DNA of 62,948 bases, the filler included, from Choristocarpus tenellus KU-1152 (taxonomy: Eukaryota; Protista; Phaeophyceae), in the NCBI GenBank assembly GCA_964200185.2. It is 11 parts of 11 records of this genome, joined end to end, with 100 filler letters (N's around TTAATTAATTAA, not from the genome) between each part and the next. Parts side by side here need not be neighbours in the genome. Positions count along the whole stretch, not along the records: positions 58,042 to 62,948 come from CAXNAD020012577.1; 10 more parts are not named here. One strand, written 5' to 3'. Positions within the stretch are counted from its first letter, which is position 1. Each line of letters begins with the position of its first letter. The translations under genes and the position numbers were made by a program. Positions 62,861-62,948 of the stretch are shown one piece after another. The notes beneath the pieces are model-generated. The model was not told the DNA's origin, searched no databases, and was given only the letters and a program-made list of their open reading frames with translations.

Positions 62861-62948
62861 AGAAATTGGTATTCCCAAGACATGTGTGTGTAAGTAACTC
62901 GATAATTTCCTCATTATGTAGAACAAGTTGTACATGAAGTAAGGAAGG

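Overview
This is eukaryotic, intron-containing DNA. It consists of 11 short contigs joined by artificial 100-bp spacers (44N-TTAATTAATTAA-44N), so neighbours across spacers are not biological. The gene and TE content suggests a stramenopile, probably a brown alga or close relative (inference). Recognisable host genes are: an apparently complete one-intron GT2 cellulose-synthase-type gene; the 5' exons of UPF2, head-to-head with a PHD-finger gene; 3' exons of a UBX-domain gene; two CTNNBL1-like exons; ARM-repeat exons; and a BAH-like exon. Mobile DNA includes: a Ty1/copia element missing both its integrase and RT catalytic cores, with a palindrome where the PBS should be; the 5' end of a second copy of it; a decayed CRE-like non-LTR RT; and a foldback-type element with long inverted repeats. 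There is also a very dense set of MITEs (about 18 copies or ends). These fall into at least three unrelated internal types that share one 14-bp terminus (GRSYCAAAGTATCT-like), make mostly 3-bp non-TWA target duplications and nest inside each other. That MITE network and the palindromic-PBS copia are the best candidates for something undescribed. No prokaryotic-type system such as CRISPR or an operon is supported.
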